A DNA stretch of 64,000 bases, from contig NZ_JADMJK010000054.1 in the NCBI RefSeq assembly GCF_018780625.1, positions 13,437 through 77,436 of the forward strand, read 5' to 3'. How positions within the stretch are numbered: position 1 is the first letter of the stretch; each line of letters begins with the position of its first letter. Shown piece by piece: positions 38,821 to 47,773 of the stretch. The notes below the pieces were generated by a model that did no database searches, was not told the DNA's origin, and worked only from the letters and a program-made list of their open reading frames with translations. The DNA is from Polaromonas sp. (GTDB lineage: Bacteria; Pseudomonadota; Gammaproteobacteria; Burkholderiales; Burkholderiaceae_C). The position numbers and the translations under genes are program-made.

Positions 38821-39792
38821 CTATTCGGGCTGGATGCCGGCGGAACGAATGATCTGGCCCCAGGCGGCACGCTCTTTCGCCTGAAACTTGGCAAGCTCCC
38901 CTACCGGCATCAGGAATTCAAAAGTGCCCGAAGCCTGGTAGGACGGTTTCAGCTCGGGCGCCTGGGTTGCCTTGGAGAGCAGTTGGTGCAGCCGGGCCAC
39001 CACCGGTGCGGGCGCATGGGCCGGCAAATAGGCCGCCAGCCAGAAGCCGATGTCCATGCCCTTGACGCCAGCCTCTTCAAAAGTCGGCAGCTCTGGCGCA
39101 TAAGGGCTGCGCTTGAGGTCGGTCACGCCAATGGCGCGAAGCTTGCCCGAGTTGACAAAAGTCCAGGCTGAAAAGTCGGTGAACAGCATGTCGATCTGGC
39201 CGCTCAGCAAATCCGGCGTCGCGGAGGCGCCACTTCGGTAGGGAACACCCAGAATCTTCACGCCGGTCGATTGCTGCAACACCTCGGCTGGCAGCCGGCT
39301 GGTGATGCTGGTGTAGCCGAACGAATATTTGGCGGGATCCTTTTGAATCAGCTTGACCAGTTCGGTGATGTTGGTGGCCGGGACTTTCTGCGGATTGACG
39401 TAGAGATACATCGGCCCCTTCGACAGTGTCGTGACCGGCGTGAAATCCTTCACCGGGTCATAGCCCAGCTTCTTATACACGTGCGGATTGCCTGTAAAAG
39501 CGACATTGCCGGTCACCAGCACCGTATAGCCGTCAGGTGCGGCCCTCGCCACCGTCTGCGCCGCCAGGATCGAGCCTGCGCCCGGCCGGTTTTCCACGAT
39601 GGTCGGCACCCCCGCCTCACGGGCAATGTCACGGGCGATGGTGCGCACGAACACGTCCGGCGCGGCGCCTGCCGCAAAGGGAACGACAAAGGTGATCAGC
39701 TTGGCCGGATAGGTCTGGGCCGAGGCTGTGAAGGCAGCCGCGATGCCGACGATTGCAGTGACGGCACGAAGAGCGGTACGAAACGAGGGCAT
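38821..39792 (-). CDS. Bug / tripartite tricarboxylate transporter substrate-binding protein
   Basis: YPAKLITFVVPFAAG, VENRPGAG, APDGYT, YDPVKDF, PELPT. Confidence 0.93.
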   Translation of the reverse strand: MPSFRTALRAVTAIVGIAAAFTASAQTYPAKLITFVVPFAAGAAPDVFVRTIARDIAREAGVPTIVENRPGAGSILAAQTVARAAPDGYTVLVTGNVAFTGNPHVYKKLGYDPVKDFTPVTTLSKGPMYLYVNPQKVPATNITELVKLIQKDPAKYSFGYTSITSRLPAEVLQQSTGVKILGVPYRSGASATPDLLSGQIDMLFTDFSAWTFVNSGKLRAIGVTDLKRSPYAPELPTFEEAGVKGMDIGFWLAAYLPAHAPAPVVARLHQLLSKATQAPELKPSYQASGTFEFLMPVGELAKFQAKERAAWGQIIRSAGIQPE

Positions 39793-40006
39793 GCAGTTCT
39801 TTCTGTGTAGAGGTTTTTTGGAGACTTTTATTTTCACCTCAGAATTTACATCTAATAGTAGAACAATCATCGAGGCCAGATGGCAGGGGAAACCCTCTAA
39901 TCAGGCGTGGCGAAGCCCTGCTTGTCAGAAAATTTTCCCGATGTTCCTCGATGCACAGGCGTGCGTTTCCATCGATGCAAAGGCATCGCCAAATCGGTCA
40001 GGTGAC

Positions 40007-41011
40007 TCAGGCTACGGTGGCCGTCGCCGGGCGTAATATGCGGCTGCGCAGGATGCCGATGCCCTCGACTTCGAGCTCCACCACGTCGTTCGGTTTCAGG
40101 TAACGCAGTTGCTCCAGCCCGCAGCCATTGCCGACCGTTCCCGAGCCGAGGAACTCGCCGGCATGCAGCGTCTCGGAGCGCGAAATGTGGGCAATCACGT
40201 CCTCGAACTGCCAGCGCATGTCGCGCGTGTTGCCCCGGCCCCATTCCTCGCCGTTGACGCGCGCGATCATGGTGAGGTTGTAAGGGTCGGGCAGTTCATC
40301 GACCGTGACCAGGCAGGGTCCCATGACGTTGGCGGTGTCGAAGTCCTTGCTCTTGGCCGGGCCGAGCATGCCGCCCATCTCGATAGCCTGGGCATCGCGG
40401 GCGCTGATGTCGTTGAAGATGGTGTAGCCAAAAATATAGTCGCGGGCTTTTTCGCGCGGCACGTCCTTGGCGCGCTTGCCGATGTAGCAGCCGAACTCCA
40501 GTTCAAAGTCCAGCATGCTGCTGTAGCTCGGCCAGATCACATCGTCGTCCATGCCGATGGTGGCAAAACGGTTGCATTTGTAGTAGATCGGCTGGCGGTT
40601 GAAGGTGTCGATCACCCGGTCGTCGGCGCGGGTGTTCATGGCCGCCAGCGTTGCCTCGGGGTCGGGCGTGCGCAAGGCGCGGCCCTTGCGCGCGGCGGCA
40701 AAAGCCTGGCGCAGGTGCAACTCGAAGCACGAGCAGTCGCGCATCTGGATCGGCGGCTGGATGGGCGCCAGCAGCTTGACCTGGCTGCGCTCGCGCACGG
40801 CCTCAACGGGGGAGCGCGACAGCAAGGCGCGCGCTTCGGCCAGGGCCTCGTCGCCGCCTTCGATCAAGGACTGGACGCTGGCCAGTGCCAAACCGTCGCC
40901 GCCGCGAATCAACTGGCTGGCCTGGCGCAGGTCCAGCACCTGCTGGTCGTTGTTGAAAAACGCACCCGAACGCTGCTGGCCGTCGGCGCCCTGGAAAGTG
41001 ACTAATCTCAT
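40007..41011 (-). CDS. Fumarylacetoacetate hydrolase family protein, DitH-like
   Basis: DFELE, FNDISARD, KSKDF, GSGTVGNGCGLE. Confidence 0.92.
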   Translation of the reverse strand: MRLVTFQGADGQQRSGAFFNNDQQVLDLRQASQLIRGGDGLALASVQSLIEGGDEALAEARALLSRSPVEAVRERSQVKLLAPIQPPIQMRDCSCFELHLRQAFAAARKGRALRTPDPEATLAAMNTRADDRVIDTFNRQPIYYKCNRFATIGMDDDVIWPSYSSMLDFELEFGCYIGKRAKDVPREKARDYIFGYTIFNDISARDAQAIEMGGMLGPAKSKDFDTANVMGPCLVTVDELPDPYNLTMIARVNGEEWGRGNTRDMRWQFEDVIAHISRSETLHAGEFLGSGTVGNGCGLEQLRYLKPNDVVELEVEGIGILRSRILRPATATVA

Positions 41012-41481
41012 GGGGTTTCTTTCAATTCAAGTGACACATCGCAGGCATTGCGAACCACGTTGCGTCGCAACACCACGGGCGCGCCACCATGGCTGCGCTT
41101 GCTCATCCATTGCGACAAGGACGCATCCATGTAGTCCGCATGGCCGGGAAACCAGTCAACCAAGGCCTGGGCCAGGTCGCGGGCGACCTGTGGATTGACG
41201 CCCTGCGCCAACAGCGCCTGCACATCCCGCACGGAAGCCAGAACGGCTGAATGTTCATCGGCATGGCATTGGGTGGCCGGAAAATCGCTGCCTTCCATCC
41301 ACTGCTGTTCCTGCCCGAAATGCGCCACCGCATGCCGGGCGAAATCTTCCAGCCGGTCCGGCAGTTGAGCATCCGAAGCGCTCTGTATTCCCGCGACGCA
41401 TTGAACAAACTCGCGATGGGTGTCGTCCATGGCGGGCAGGCCGAGCAGGAATCCATCATTCCACTGCATCGTTGCGGCCAT
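41008..41481 (-). CDS. Bacteriohemerythrin
   Basis: W...G...MDDTH, HFGQEQQWM, HADEH, WFPGHADYMD di-iron ligands; overlaps both neighbours. Confidence 0.88.
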   Translation of the reverse strand: MAATMQWNDGFLLGLPAMDDTHREFVQCVAGIQSASDAQLPDRLEDFARHAVAHFGQEQQWMEGSDFPATQCHADEHSAVLASVRDVQALLAQGVNPQVARDLAQALVDWFPGHADYMDASLSQWMSKRSHGGAPVVLRRNVVRNACDVSLELKETP

Positions 41482-42176
41482 CACATTCTCCCGGCCACCG
41501 GCAGACTGGCGCCGGTGATGGCGCGGGCATCGTCGGACAACAGGAAGGCAATCACCCCGCTCAGCGATTGGGTGGTCACCCAGCGCGTCACGTCGGCATC
41601 GGGCATGTCGGCGCGGTTGGCCGGCGTGTCCAGGATGCTGGGCAGCACGGCATTGACGGTGATGCCCCGGTCCTTCAGTTCCTCGGCCAGGGATTCGGTC
41701 AGCCGCGCCACGCCGGCTTTCGATGCCGCGTAGGCACCCATGCCGGCGCCGGCCTTTTGCGCCGCCAGCGCGCCGATGTTGACAATGCGCCCCGTCGGCT
41801 GGCGCAGCAGGTAGGGCAGCACTTCGTGGCAGGCGATCACCGCCGTGCGCAGGTTCATGGTGTAGAGCCGGTCCCAGGTTTCGACCGAGCCGCCCTCCAG
41901 CGTTTCCCACGCAAAGCCGCCCGCCACGTTGACAATCGCATCTATGCCGCCGAGCCGCTCGGCGACCTGCGAAAACGCGGCGGCCGCGCTCGCGGCGTCG
42001 CCCAGATCGACGCCGCCGACAACCACCTCGATGCCGGCCACATCTAGCTGCAGCGCGCGGTCCACCAGGGCGACGCGGGCGCCGCGTGCCGTCAGCTCGG
42101 CGCCGACGCTGCGCCCCAGCACGCCAAGGCCGCCAGTGACGATGACTCTGGGGGAAATAGGCATCTTCGTGAACAT
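41481..42176 (-). CDS. Short-chain dehydrogenase/reductase, DitG-like
   Basis: TGGLGVLG, NVAGGF, YAASK, PSILDTPANR. Confidence 0.9.
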   Translation of the reverse strand: MFTKMPISPRVIVTGGLGVLGRSVGAELTARGARVALVDRALQLDVAGIEVVVGGVDLGDAASAAAAFSQVAERLGGIDAIVNVAGGFAWETLEGGSVETWDRLYTMNLRTAVIACHEVLPYLLRQPTGRIVNIGALAAQKAGAGMGAYAASKAGVARLTESLAEELKDRGITVNAVLPSILDTPANRADMPDADVTRWVTTQSLSGVIAFLLSDDARAITGASLPVAGRM

Positions 42177-42266
42177 AAGGGTCTCGCTTGTCTCGTTGTG
42201 GAAAGGCGCCGGCGACCCGGCTGCAGGTCTCAAGGGATGGCACCCTAGGAATATTTTCATTTATTC

Positions 42267-42291
42267 TATACAGTTTCGCAGATAGTGTTCA
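42267..42291. promoter_or_regulatory. TRWAC-N15-GTWYA site in the divergent SDR / DUF35 promoter region
   Basis: TATAC-agtttcgcagatagt-GTTCA. Confidence 0.65.
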
Positions 42292-42363
42292 TAAAATCAA
42301 ACCAGCGCATTCAATCTTTTTGAATCGACGAGCGTCATACAAACTCCCGAAGGACAAGCCCTG

Positions 42364-42777
42364 ATGAAGAGAAAACTCCCTCTCCTAACCCCGGACACCG
42401 CGCCGTTCTGGCAAGGCGGCGCCACCGGGCAGCTCAACATCTGCCATTGCGGCGGTTGCCAGCGCTTTTTCCATCCGCCGGCGCCGATCTGCCCAAACTG
42501 CCAGTCCTTCGAGGTCGGGCCGCGCGCCGTTTCCGGGCGCGGCAAGGTCGCCAGCTTCACCATCAACCACCAGGCCTGGGTACCTGACCTGCCGGTGCCT
42601 TACGTAGTCGCCATCGTCGAGCTGGACGATCAGCCGGGCCTGCGCTTTCTGAGCAATATCGTCGGCATCGCGCCCGAAGAAGTGCGCATCGACATGCCGG
42701 TGCGGGTTATTTTTGAACAACATGAAGACGTCTGGCTGCCTTTGTTCGAGCCAGACACCACCAGGGAGCAGGCATGA
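42364..42777 (+). CDS. DUF35 Zn-ribbon/OB-fold acyl-CoA-binding protein
   Basis: PFW...CGGC...PP...CPNC, SGRG, PYVVAIVELD; ATGA-coupled to the thiolase-like gene. Confidence 0.92.
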   Translation: MKRKLPLLTPDTAPFWQGGATGQLNICHCGGCQRFFHPPAPICPNCQSFEVGPRAVSGRGKVASFTINHQAWVPDLPVPYVVAIVELDDQPGLRFLSNIVGIAPEEVRIDMPVRVIFEQHEDVWLPLFEPDTTREQA

Positions 42778-43964
42778 AAGAGCAGTTTTTTGAAAAGAAT
42801 GTCGCCATCACCGGCATCGGCCAGTCCGAAGTCGGCCGGCCGTCCAGCAAATCGGCCATGCGGCTGAGCCTTGACGCCGCGCTCGAGGCCATCGCCGACG
42901 CCGGCCTGCAGCGCAGCGACATCGACGGCATTGCCTGCTGGCCGGGCGACAACGACAACGGCAATCCCTTTTCGCCGGTCGGCCCAAGTGCGCTGATGAG
43001 CGTGCTCGGCCTGAAGGTCAACTGGTATGGCGCGGGCTACGAAGGCCCGGGACCGCTGACCGGCCTGATCAACGGCGCCATGGCGATTGCGTCCGGGCTG
43101 TGCAAGCATGTGCTGGTGTTCCGCACCATCACCGAAGCCAGCGGGCGCCTGAAGAACAAGGGCGCCAGCGCGCTGACCAACAAGACCGTCGGACGCGACG
43201 GCAGTTATTTCTGGCAGTGGTACACGCCCTTCAATGTGATGTCGGGCATCAACCTGATGGCCCAGTATGCGCAGCGCCACTTCCACGACTATGGCACCAC
43301 CCCGGAGCAGCTGGCGCAGATCGCCATGACCTGCCGCGCCAACGCGGCGCGCAATCCGAAAGCGGTGTTTCACACGCCGATGACGATGGACGACTACATG
43401 GCGTCGCGCATGATCTCGACGCCGCTGCGCATGTTCGACTGCGATGTGCATTGCGACGCCTCGACAGCCATCATCCTGTCGCGCGCCGATGCGGCGAAGG
43501 ACGGCCCGAATGCGCCCATCCGGCTCGAAGCCATCGGCTCGGCGCTGCACCAGCCCTGGTCGTGGGACCAGCTCTCGCTGACCGACATGGCCTGCTTCGA
43601 TGTCGGCCGCATGATGTGGTCGCGCACCGACCTCAAGCCCAAGGATGTGGGCAACGCCCAGCTGTACGACGGTTTTTCGATCCTGACCATGATGTGGCTG
43701 GAAGGCCTGGGCCTGTGTCCACGCGGCGAGAGCGGCCAGTTCGTCGAGGGCGGCCGGCGTATCGCGCTCGATGGGCAGCTGCCGATCAACACCAACGGCG
43801 GCCAGCTGTCGGGCGGGCGTACGCATGGCCTGGGCTATGTTCATGAAGCCTGCACCCAGCTGTGGGAACGGGCGGGCGAGCGCCAAGTCGCTCCGCACCG
43901 GGTGGCGGTCGCGGCGGCCGGCGGCGGTCCGCTGGGCGGCAGCGTGCTGCTGGTCAAGGAGTGA
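42774..43964 (+). CDS. ditF: SCP-x/Ltp2-type thiolase-fold protein
   Basis: AITGIGQS, NAARNP.A, PLRMFDC, LYDGF, NTNGGQLSGG..HG. Symbol assigned by synteny. Confidence 0.85.
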   Translation: MKEQFFEKNVAITGIGQSEVGRPSSKSAMRLSLDAALEAIADAGLQRSDIDGIACWPGDNDNGNPFSPVGPSALMSVLGLKVNWYGAGYEGPGPLTGLINGAMAIASGLCKHVLVFRTITEASGRLKNKGASALTNKTVGRDGSYFWQWYTPFNVMSGINLMAQYAQRHFHDYGTTPEQLAQIAMTCRANAARNPKAVFHTPMTMDDYMASRMISTPLRMFDCDVHCDASTAIILSRADAAKDGPNAPIRLEAIGSALHQPWSWDQLSLTDMACFDVGRMMWSRTDLKPKDVGNAQLYDGFSILTMMWLEGLGLCPRGESGQFVEGGRRIALDGQLPINTNGGQLSGGRTHGLGYVHEACTQLWERAGERQVAPHRVAVAAAGGGPLGGSVLLVKE

Positions 43965-43997
43965 ACGGATTAGGGCATTTACCGATTGCCTGAAAAT

Positions 43998-44035
43998 AAT
44001 CTCAATATAGAATTTGTTTCTGTATTGAGATTTTT
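43998..44035. promoter_or_regulatory. 15-bp inverted repeat (operator and/or terminator)
   Basis: AATCTCAATATAGAA-TTTGT-TTCTGTATTGAGATT (14/15 arm match) followed by a T-run; core AGAA-N5-TTCT. Confidence 0.65.
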
Positions 44036-44112
44036 ATATTGACTGTCTGGCTGTTTCGAGAACGCATCCCGCGTCATCGGCAGCCTGCTATTTCCCATGA
44101 AGGAAGCTGCCG

Positions 44113-45396
44113 ATGTCCGTTCCTGGCACTGCCCGATCCGCCGCCGCGCTCGACCTGACCGAATTTCGACTTCACTGGCGGGTGGTTTTTCTGGCCATGC
44201 TGGGCCTGGGCGTGGCCGCCAATGCGTCGATGCTCTACGCCTTCGGCCCCCTGATGATTCCTCTTCAAACCGCATTCGGCTGGAGCCGGGGCGACTTGCA
44301 GACAGCGGTCAGTTTCCTGTTTGCCGGCGCGGTCATTGCCGCGCAGCTGGTGGGCTGGCTCAACCTGCGGTATGGCATGCGCCGCGTGACCGTCGTCTCG
44401 CTGGCGGCCCTGTCACTGGTGTTTGCGCTGATGACGCAGATGGGCAGCTCGATCTGGTGGCTCTACCTCATGTTTGCGCTGCTGCCGATTGCCGGCATGG
44501 GCACCATCCATATCACCTGGAGCCATCTGGTCAACCTCTGGTACGAGCGCAACCGGGGCCTGGCGCTGGCGGTGATGCTCTCGGGCACCGGTCTGTCGGC
44601 CGTCTTCATTCCGTCCGCCGTCACCTGGGCGATAGGCCGCTGGAACTGGCAGGCAGCGTTTTTGCTGCTCGCCCTGCTGCCGGTGGTGCTGGTGCTGCCG
44701 CTCGCGCTGCGCTGGATGGAAACACCGGCCGGCCGGCGTGCTGCGCTGGCGGCGCAGACCGGTCCGGTGCCGGAAGTTCTGGGCATGCCCTTCAGTCAGG
44801 CCCTTCGTTCCGGCAAGTTCTGGTTGCTCAATCTTTCGCTGGCCGTCTTCGTGGGCGCCATGGTGTCGATGGTCAGCAACACCGTGCCCCTGCTGCGCGA
44901 CAAGGGATTGTCGGCCGCCGAGGCGAGTCAGATTTTCGCCGGTTTTGGCGTATCGCTGATTGCCGGCCGGGTGCTGGTCGGCTACCTGATCGACCGCCTG
45001 TGGGCGCCCGGCGTCGCCGTCGTGGCCTTGATCATGCCAGCGCTGGGCTGCCTGTTGCTGGCCACCACCAGTATCGACCAGACGGGCTACCTGATCCTGG
45101 CCACAGTGCTGGTCGGCATTGGCACCGGGGCCGAATTCGACATTGCCGCTTTTTTGGTGTCTCGCTACTTCGGAATGCGTGCCTACGGCCGGCTCTTTGG
45201 CGTGCATGTGAGCCTGATCACCATAGCCTCGGCCCTGGCGCCCTGGCTGTTCGGCCAGCTCTACAACTCGACCGGTTCCTATACGGCGATGCTGACGATT
45301 TGCGGCGCGATCTTCCTGATTGCCCCGCTGCTCCTGCTGCCGCTGGGCCGCTACCCGATTTTCCATGCTGAAAATACATTGAAAGGATTCGCATGA
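44113..45396 (+). CDS. MFS transporter
   Basis: FGWSR, GWLNLRYGMRR, RGLALA, GYLIDR; about 12 TM segments. Confidence 0.9.
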   Translation: MSVPGTARSAAALDLTEFRLHWRVVFLAMLGLGVAANASMLYAFGPLMIPLQTAFGWSRGDLQTAVSFLFAGAVIAAQLVGWLNLRYGMRRVTVVSLAALSLVFALMTQMGSSIWWLYLMFALLPIAGMGTIHITWSHLVNLWYERNRGLALAVMLSGTGLSAVFIPSAVTWAIGRWNWQAAFLLLALLPVVLVLPLALRWMETPAGRRAALAAQTGPVPEVLGMPFSQALRSGKFWLLNLSLAVFVGAMVSMVSNTVPLLRDKGLSAAEASQIFAGFGVSLIAGRVLVGYLIDRLWAPGVAVVALIMPALGCLLLATTSIDQTGYLILATVLVGIGTGAEFDIAAFLVSRYFGMRAYGRLFGVHVSLITIASALAPWLFGQLYNSTGSYTAMLTICGAIFLIAPLLLLPLGRYPIFHAENTLKGFA

Positions 45397-46631
45397 CCGT
45401 CAACAAAGTGGTGATCGTAGGTGCCGGCCAGGCCGGCTACCAGGTGGCGGCGTCGCTGCGCCAGGAGGGGTTTGAAGGCCAGATCACGCTGCTCGGCGAC
45501 GAACCCGGCGTGCCGTATCAGCGCCCGCCGCTGTCCAAAGCCTATCTGCTGGGCAAGATTGGGACCGCAGCCTTGCGCTTTCGGCCGCCCGAGTGGTTCG
45601 AGCTACAGCAAGTCGAGCTCGTTCAGGCCAGCGTGACCCGCATCGACCCGGCTGCCCACTGCGTGGTGCTGGCCAGCGGCGAGCAGGTGCCTTATGACCA
45701 TCTGGTGCTGGCCACTGGGGCGCGCAACCGCGTGCCGGCGATTCCCGGCATTGATCTTGACGGCGTGCTGGGCATTCGCACGCTGGCCGATGCCGAAGCG
45801 CTGGCTCCTCGCCTGGCTGCTGCGCGCAATGCGGTGGTGATTGGCGCCGGGTTCATCGGCCTGGAATTCGCGGCTGTGGCCGCTGCCAAAGGCGTGTCGG
45901 TGCAGGTGGTGGAATTGGGAACGCGCCCGATGGCGCGCGCCTTGTCCAGGCCCATGTCCGAGCTGTTCAGCGACGCCCACATCGGCTGGGGCGTGACCAT
46001 GAACTACAGCCAGACCGTGACGGGGATTCTCGGCGTCGAGGGCAAGGCCACCGGCGTTCAGATGGGAGACGGCATTGGGCTGCCCGCCGACCTGGTGGTC
46101 TATGGCATTGGCGTTGTGCCCAACGCCGAACTGGCGGTAGAAGCCGGCTTGAAAGTGGCAAACGGCATTTGCGTGGATGCGCACCTTATGACTAGCGACC
46201 CGGCCATTTCCGCCATTGGCGACGTGGTCAGTTTTCACAGCCCGCTGAGCGCGGTGCCGATTCGACTCGAATCCGTACAAAATGCCGTTGACCAGGCACG
46301 CAACGTTGCGGCTCGCCTGATGGGCAAATCTGTGCCTTACGGCGCCCTGCCCTGGTTCTGGACTGATCAGGGCGACTTGAAGCTGCAGATCGCCGGCCTT
46401 TCGGACGGCCACGACCAAACCGTATTGCTGGGCTCTGCCGAAAGTCGCAAGTTGAGCGTGCTGTGCTTTCGCCTCGGCCAATTGGTGGCGGTGGAGTCTT
46501 GCAACCGGCCGGCTGACCACATGGCGGCGCGCAAGGTGCTCTCCCGTGCGCCGCGCCTGACCGCCGAGGAGGTGGAGGCACCGGATTTCGACCTCAAGGC
46601 TTATGAACTGGCCACCCGTGACGCGATCTGA
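45393..46631 (+). CDS. NAD(P)H:ferredoxin reductase (GR-type, putidaredoxin reductase-like)
   Basis: GAGQAG, PYQRPPLSK, GAGFIGLE, AIGD, RLESVQNA, PWFWTDQ. Confidence 0.93.
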   Translation: MTVNKVVIVGAGQAGYQVAASLRQEGFEGQITLLGDEPGVPYQRPPLSKAYLLGKIGTAALRFRPPEWFELQQVELVQASVTRIDPAAHCVVLASGEQVPYDHLVLATGARNRVPAIPGIDLDGVLGIRTLADAEALAPRLAAARNAVVIGAGFIGLEFAAVAAAKGVSVQVVELGTRPMARALSRPMSELFSDAHIGWGVTMNYSQTVTGILGVEGKATGVQMGDGIGLPADLVVYGIGVVPNAELAVEAGLKVANGICVDAHLMTSDPAISAIGDVVSFHSPLSAVPIRLESVQNAVDQARNVAARLMGKSVPYGALPWFWTDQGDLKLQIAGLSDGHDQTVLLGSAESRKLSVLCFRLGQLVAVESCNRPADHMAARKVLSRAPRLTAEEVEAPDFDLKAYELATRDAI

Positions 46632-46648
46632 TCAACACAAGACACCCC

Positions 46649-47683
46649 ATGTATAAAAACCTGCTCGTGCCGCTCGACGGCACCTCGCTGTCAGCCTCCA
46701 ACACCACCCAGGCGGTGCAGCTGGCCAAAGCCCTCGGCGCCCGGATCAGCTTCTTTCACGCCATCCCCAATTTCGGCGCAACGGACGAAGGCGCCCTGTG
46801 GCGCCATCTCGATACTTCGGTGTTTACCGAGCAGAGCGTGGGCGACTCACGCGCCATCCTCGCCAAGGCCGCCGCCGACGCTGCGGCCCAGGGCGTTGCG
46901 TGCAGCCTGCATGCAGAGGTGGCCGACCGGCCGGCCGAGGCCATTATGGATGCTGTAAAGACTTTAGGCTGCGACCTGATTGTCATGGCCTCGCGCGGTG
47001 AGCGCGGCATGCGCGGCTGGCTGCACGGTTCGCAGACCGAGCGGGTGCTGCGCGCCACGCACACCCCCTTGCTGATCACCCGCGTGCAAACCAATGAACC
47101 TTTGTCCAATGCCGAGCAGGCCATCGGCCTGATCCGGGATGAACACCGGTCCATGGCCGTGGTCATCAACGGCATGCGCGACCTGGCCCGGCTGGCCCGC
47201 GAATCGGGCAATACACCCGACATTGCCAGCCTTCAGCGCATGCTGCAATACGTGCATGACTTTCCCGAGAAGCTGCACCATCCCAAGGAAGAGCAGCACC
47301 TGCATGTCCGGCTGCTCCAGCGCCATCCCCAGAGCCGAAAGATCATCGACGAACTCGAAGCCCAGCATCAGGCCGAGTACGCGGGCATCGGGCGGGTAAG
47401 CCATGCGATCGACGATTGCGCCGCGCAGCGCTCCGGCGCGCTGGAGCGGCTGATCGACGAACTAAACGCCTATGCCGAGGCCGCTTGGGCACACATGGGC
47501 CTGGAAGAAAGCACCCTGCTGCCGCTGGCGCGCCAGCACCTGCTGGCCGAGGACTGGCGCGAGATCGCGCAGGCATTCCAGGACAACAACGATCCGCGCT
47601 TCGGGGAACTGTCGGGCGAAGCGTTTCGCCGGCTGTTCACCCGCATCACGCATTTGCTGCCGAACAAGCCAACCGGCAACTGA
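46649..47683 (+). CDS. Universal stress protein fused to a hemerythrin-like (HHE) domain
   Basis: N-terminal MYKNLLVPLDG...DLIVMASRG...GSQTERVL; C-terminal EH...HHPKEE...QH...HMGLEE. Confidence 0.88.
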   Translation: MYKNLLVPLDGTSLSASNTTQAVQLAKALGARISFFHAIPNFGATDEGALWRHLDTSVFTEQSVGDSRAILAKAAADAAAQGVACSLHAEVADRPAEAIMDAVKTLGCDLIVMASRGERGMRGWLHGSQTERVLRATHTPLLITRVQTNEPLSNAEQAIGLIRDEHRSMAVVINGMRDLARLARESGNTPDIASLQRMLQYVHDFPEKLHHPKEEQHLHVRLLQRHPQSRKIIDELEAQHQAEYAGIGRVSHAIDDCAAQRSGALERLIDELNAYAEAAWAHMGLEESTLLPLARQHLLAEDWREIAQAFQDNNDPRFGELSGEAFRRLFTRITHLLPNKPTGN

Positions 47684-47714
47684 GCAAGCCATGCCTTGAT
47701 TTGCGTCCCGGAAA

Positions 47715-47742
47715 CAACCATGGCCCCGAAGGGCCATGGTTG
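47715..47742. terminator. Hairpin terminator between convergent operons
   Basis: CAACCATGGCCC-CGAA-GGGCCATGGTTG, a perfect 12-bp stem. Confidence 0.75.
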
Positions 47743-47773
47743 CTGCATGCCGGCATCCAACCGGCCGGGTGGG

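Noticed and set aside
41008-42243. 411-aa ORF suggesting a large hemerythrin fusion or frameshift
   Set aside because: The upstream part is an off-frame reading of the SDR. The hemerythrin has its own start at the SDR stop (41481/41484) with a GGGAG RBS.
11405-43964. Ibuprofen (ipf) pathway assignment
   Set aside because: The component types overlap (ligase, dioxygenase, DUF35/thiolase), but the genes are not in a compact ipfABDEF operon and the wider order fits dit better. Not fully excluded without a search.
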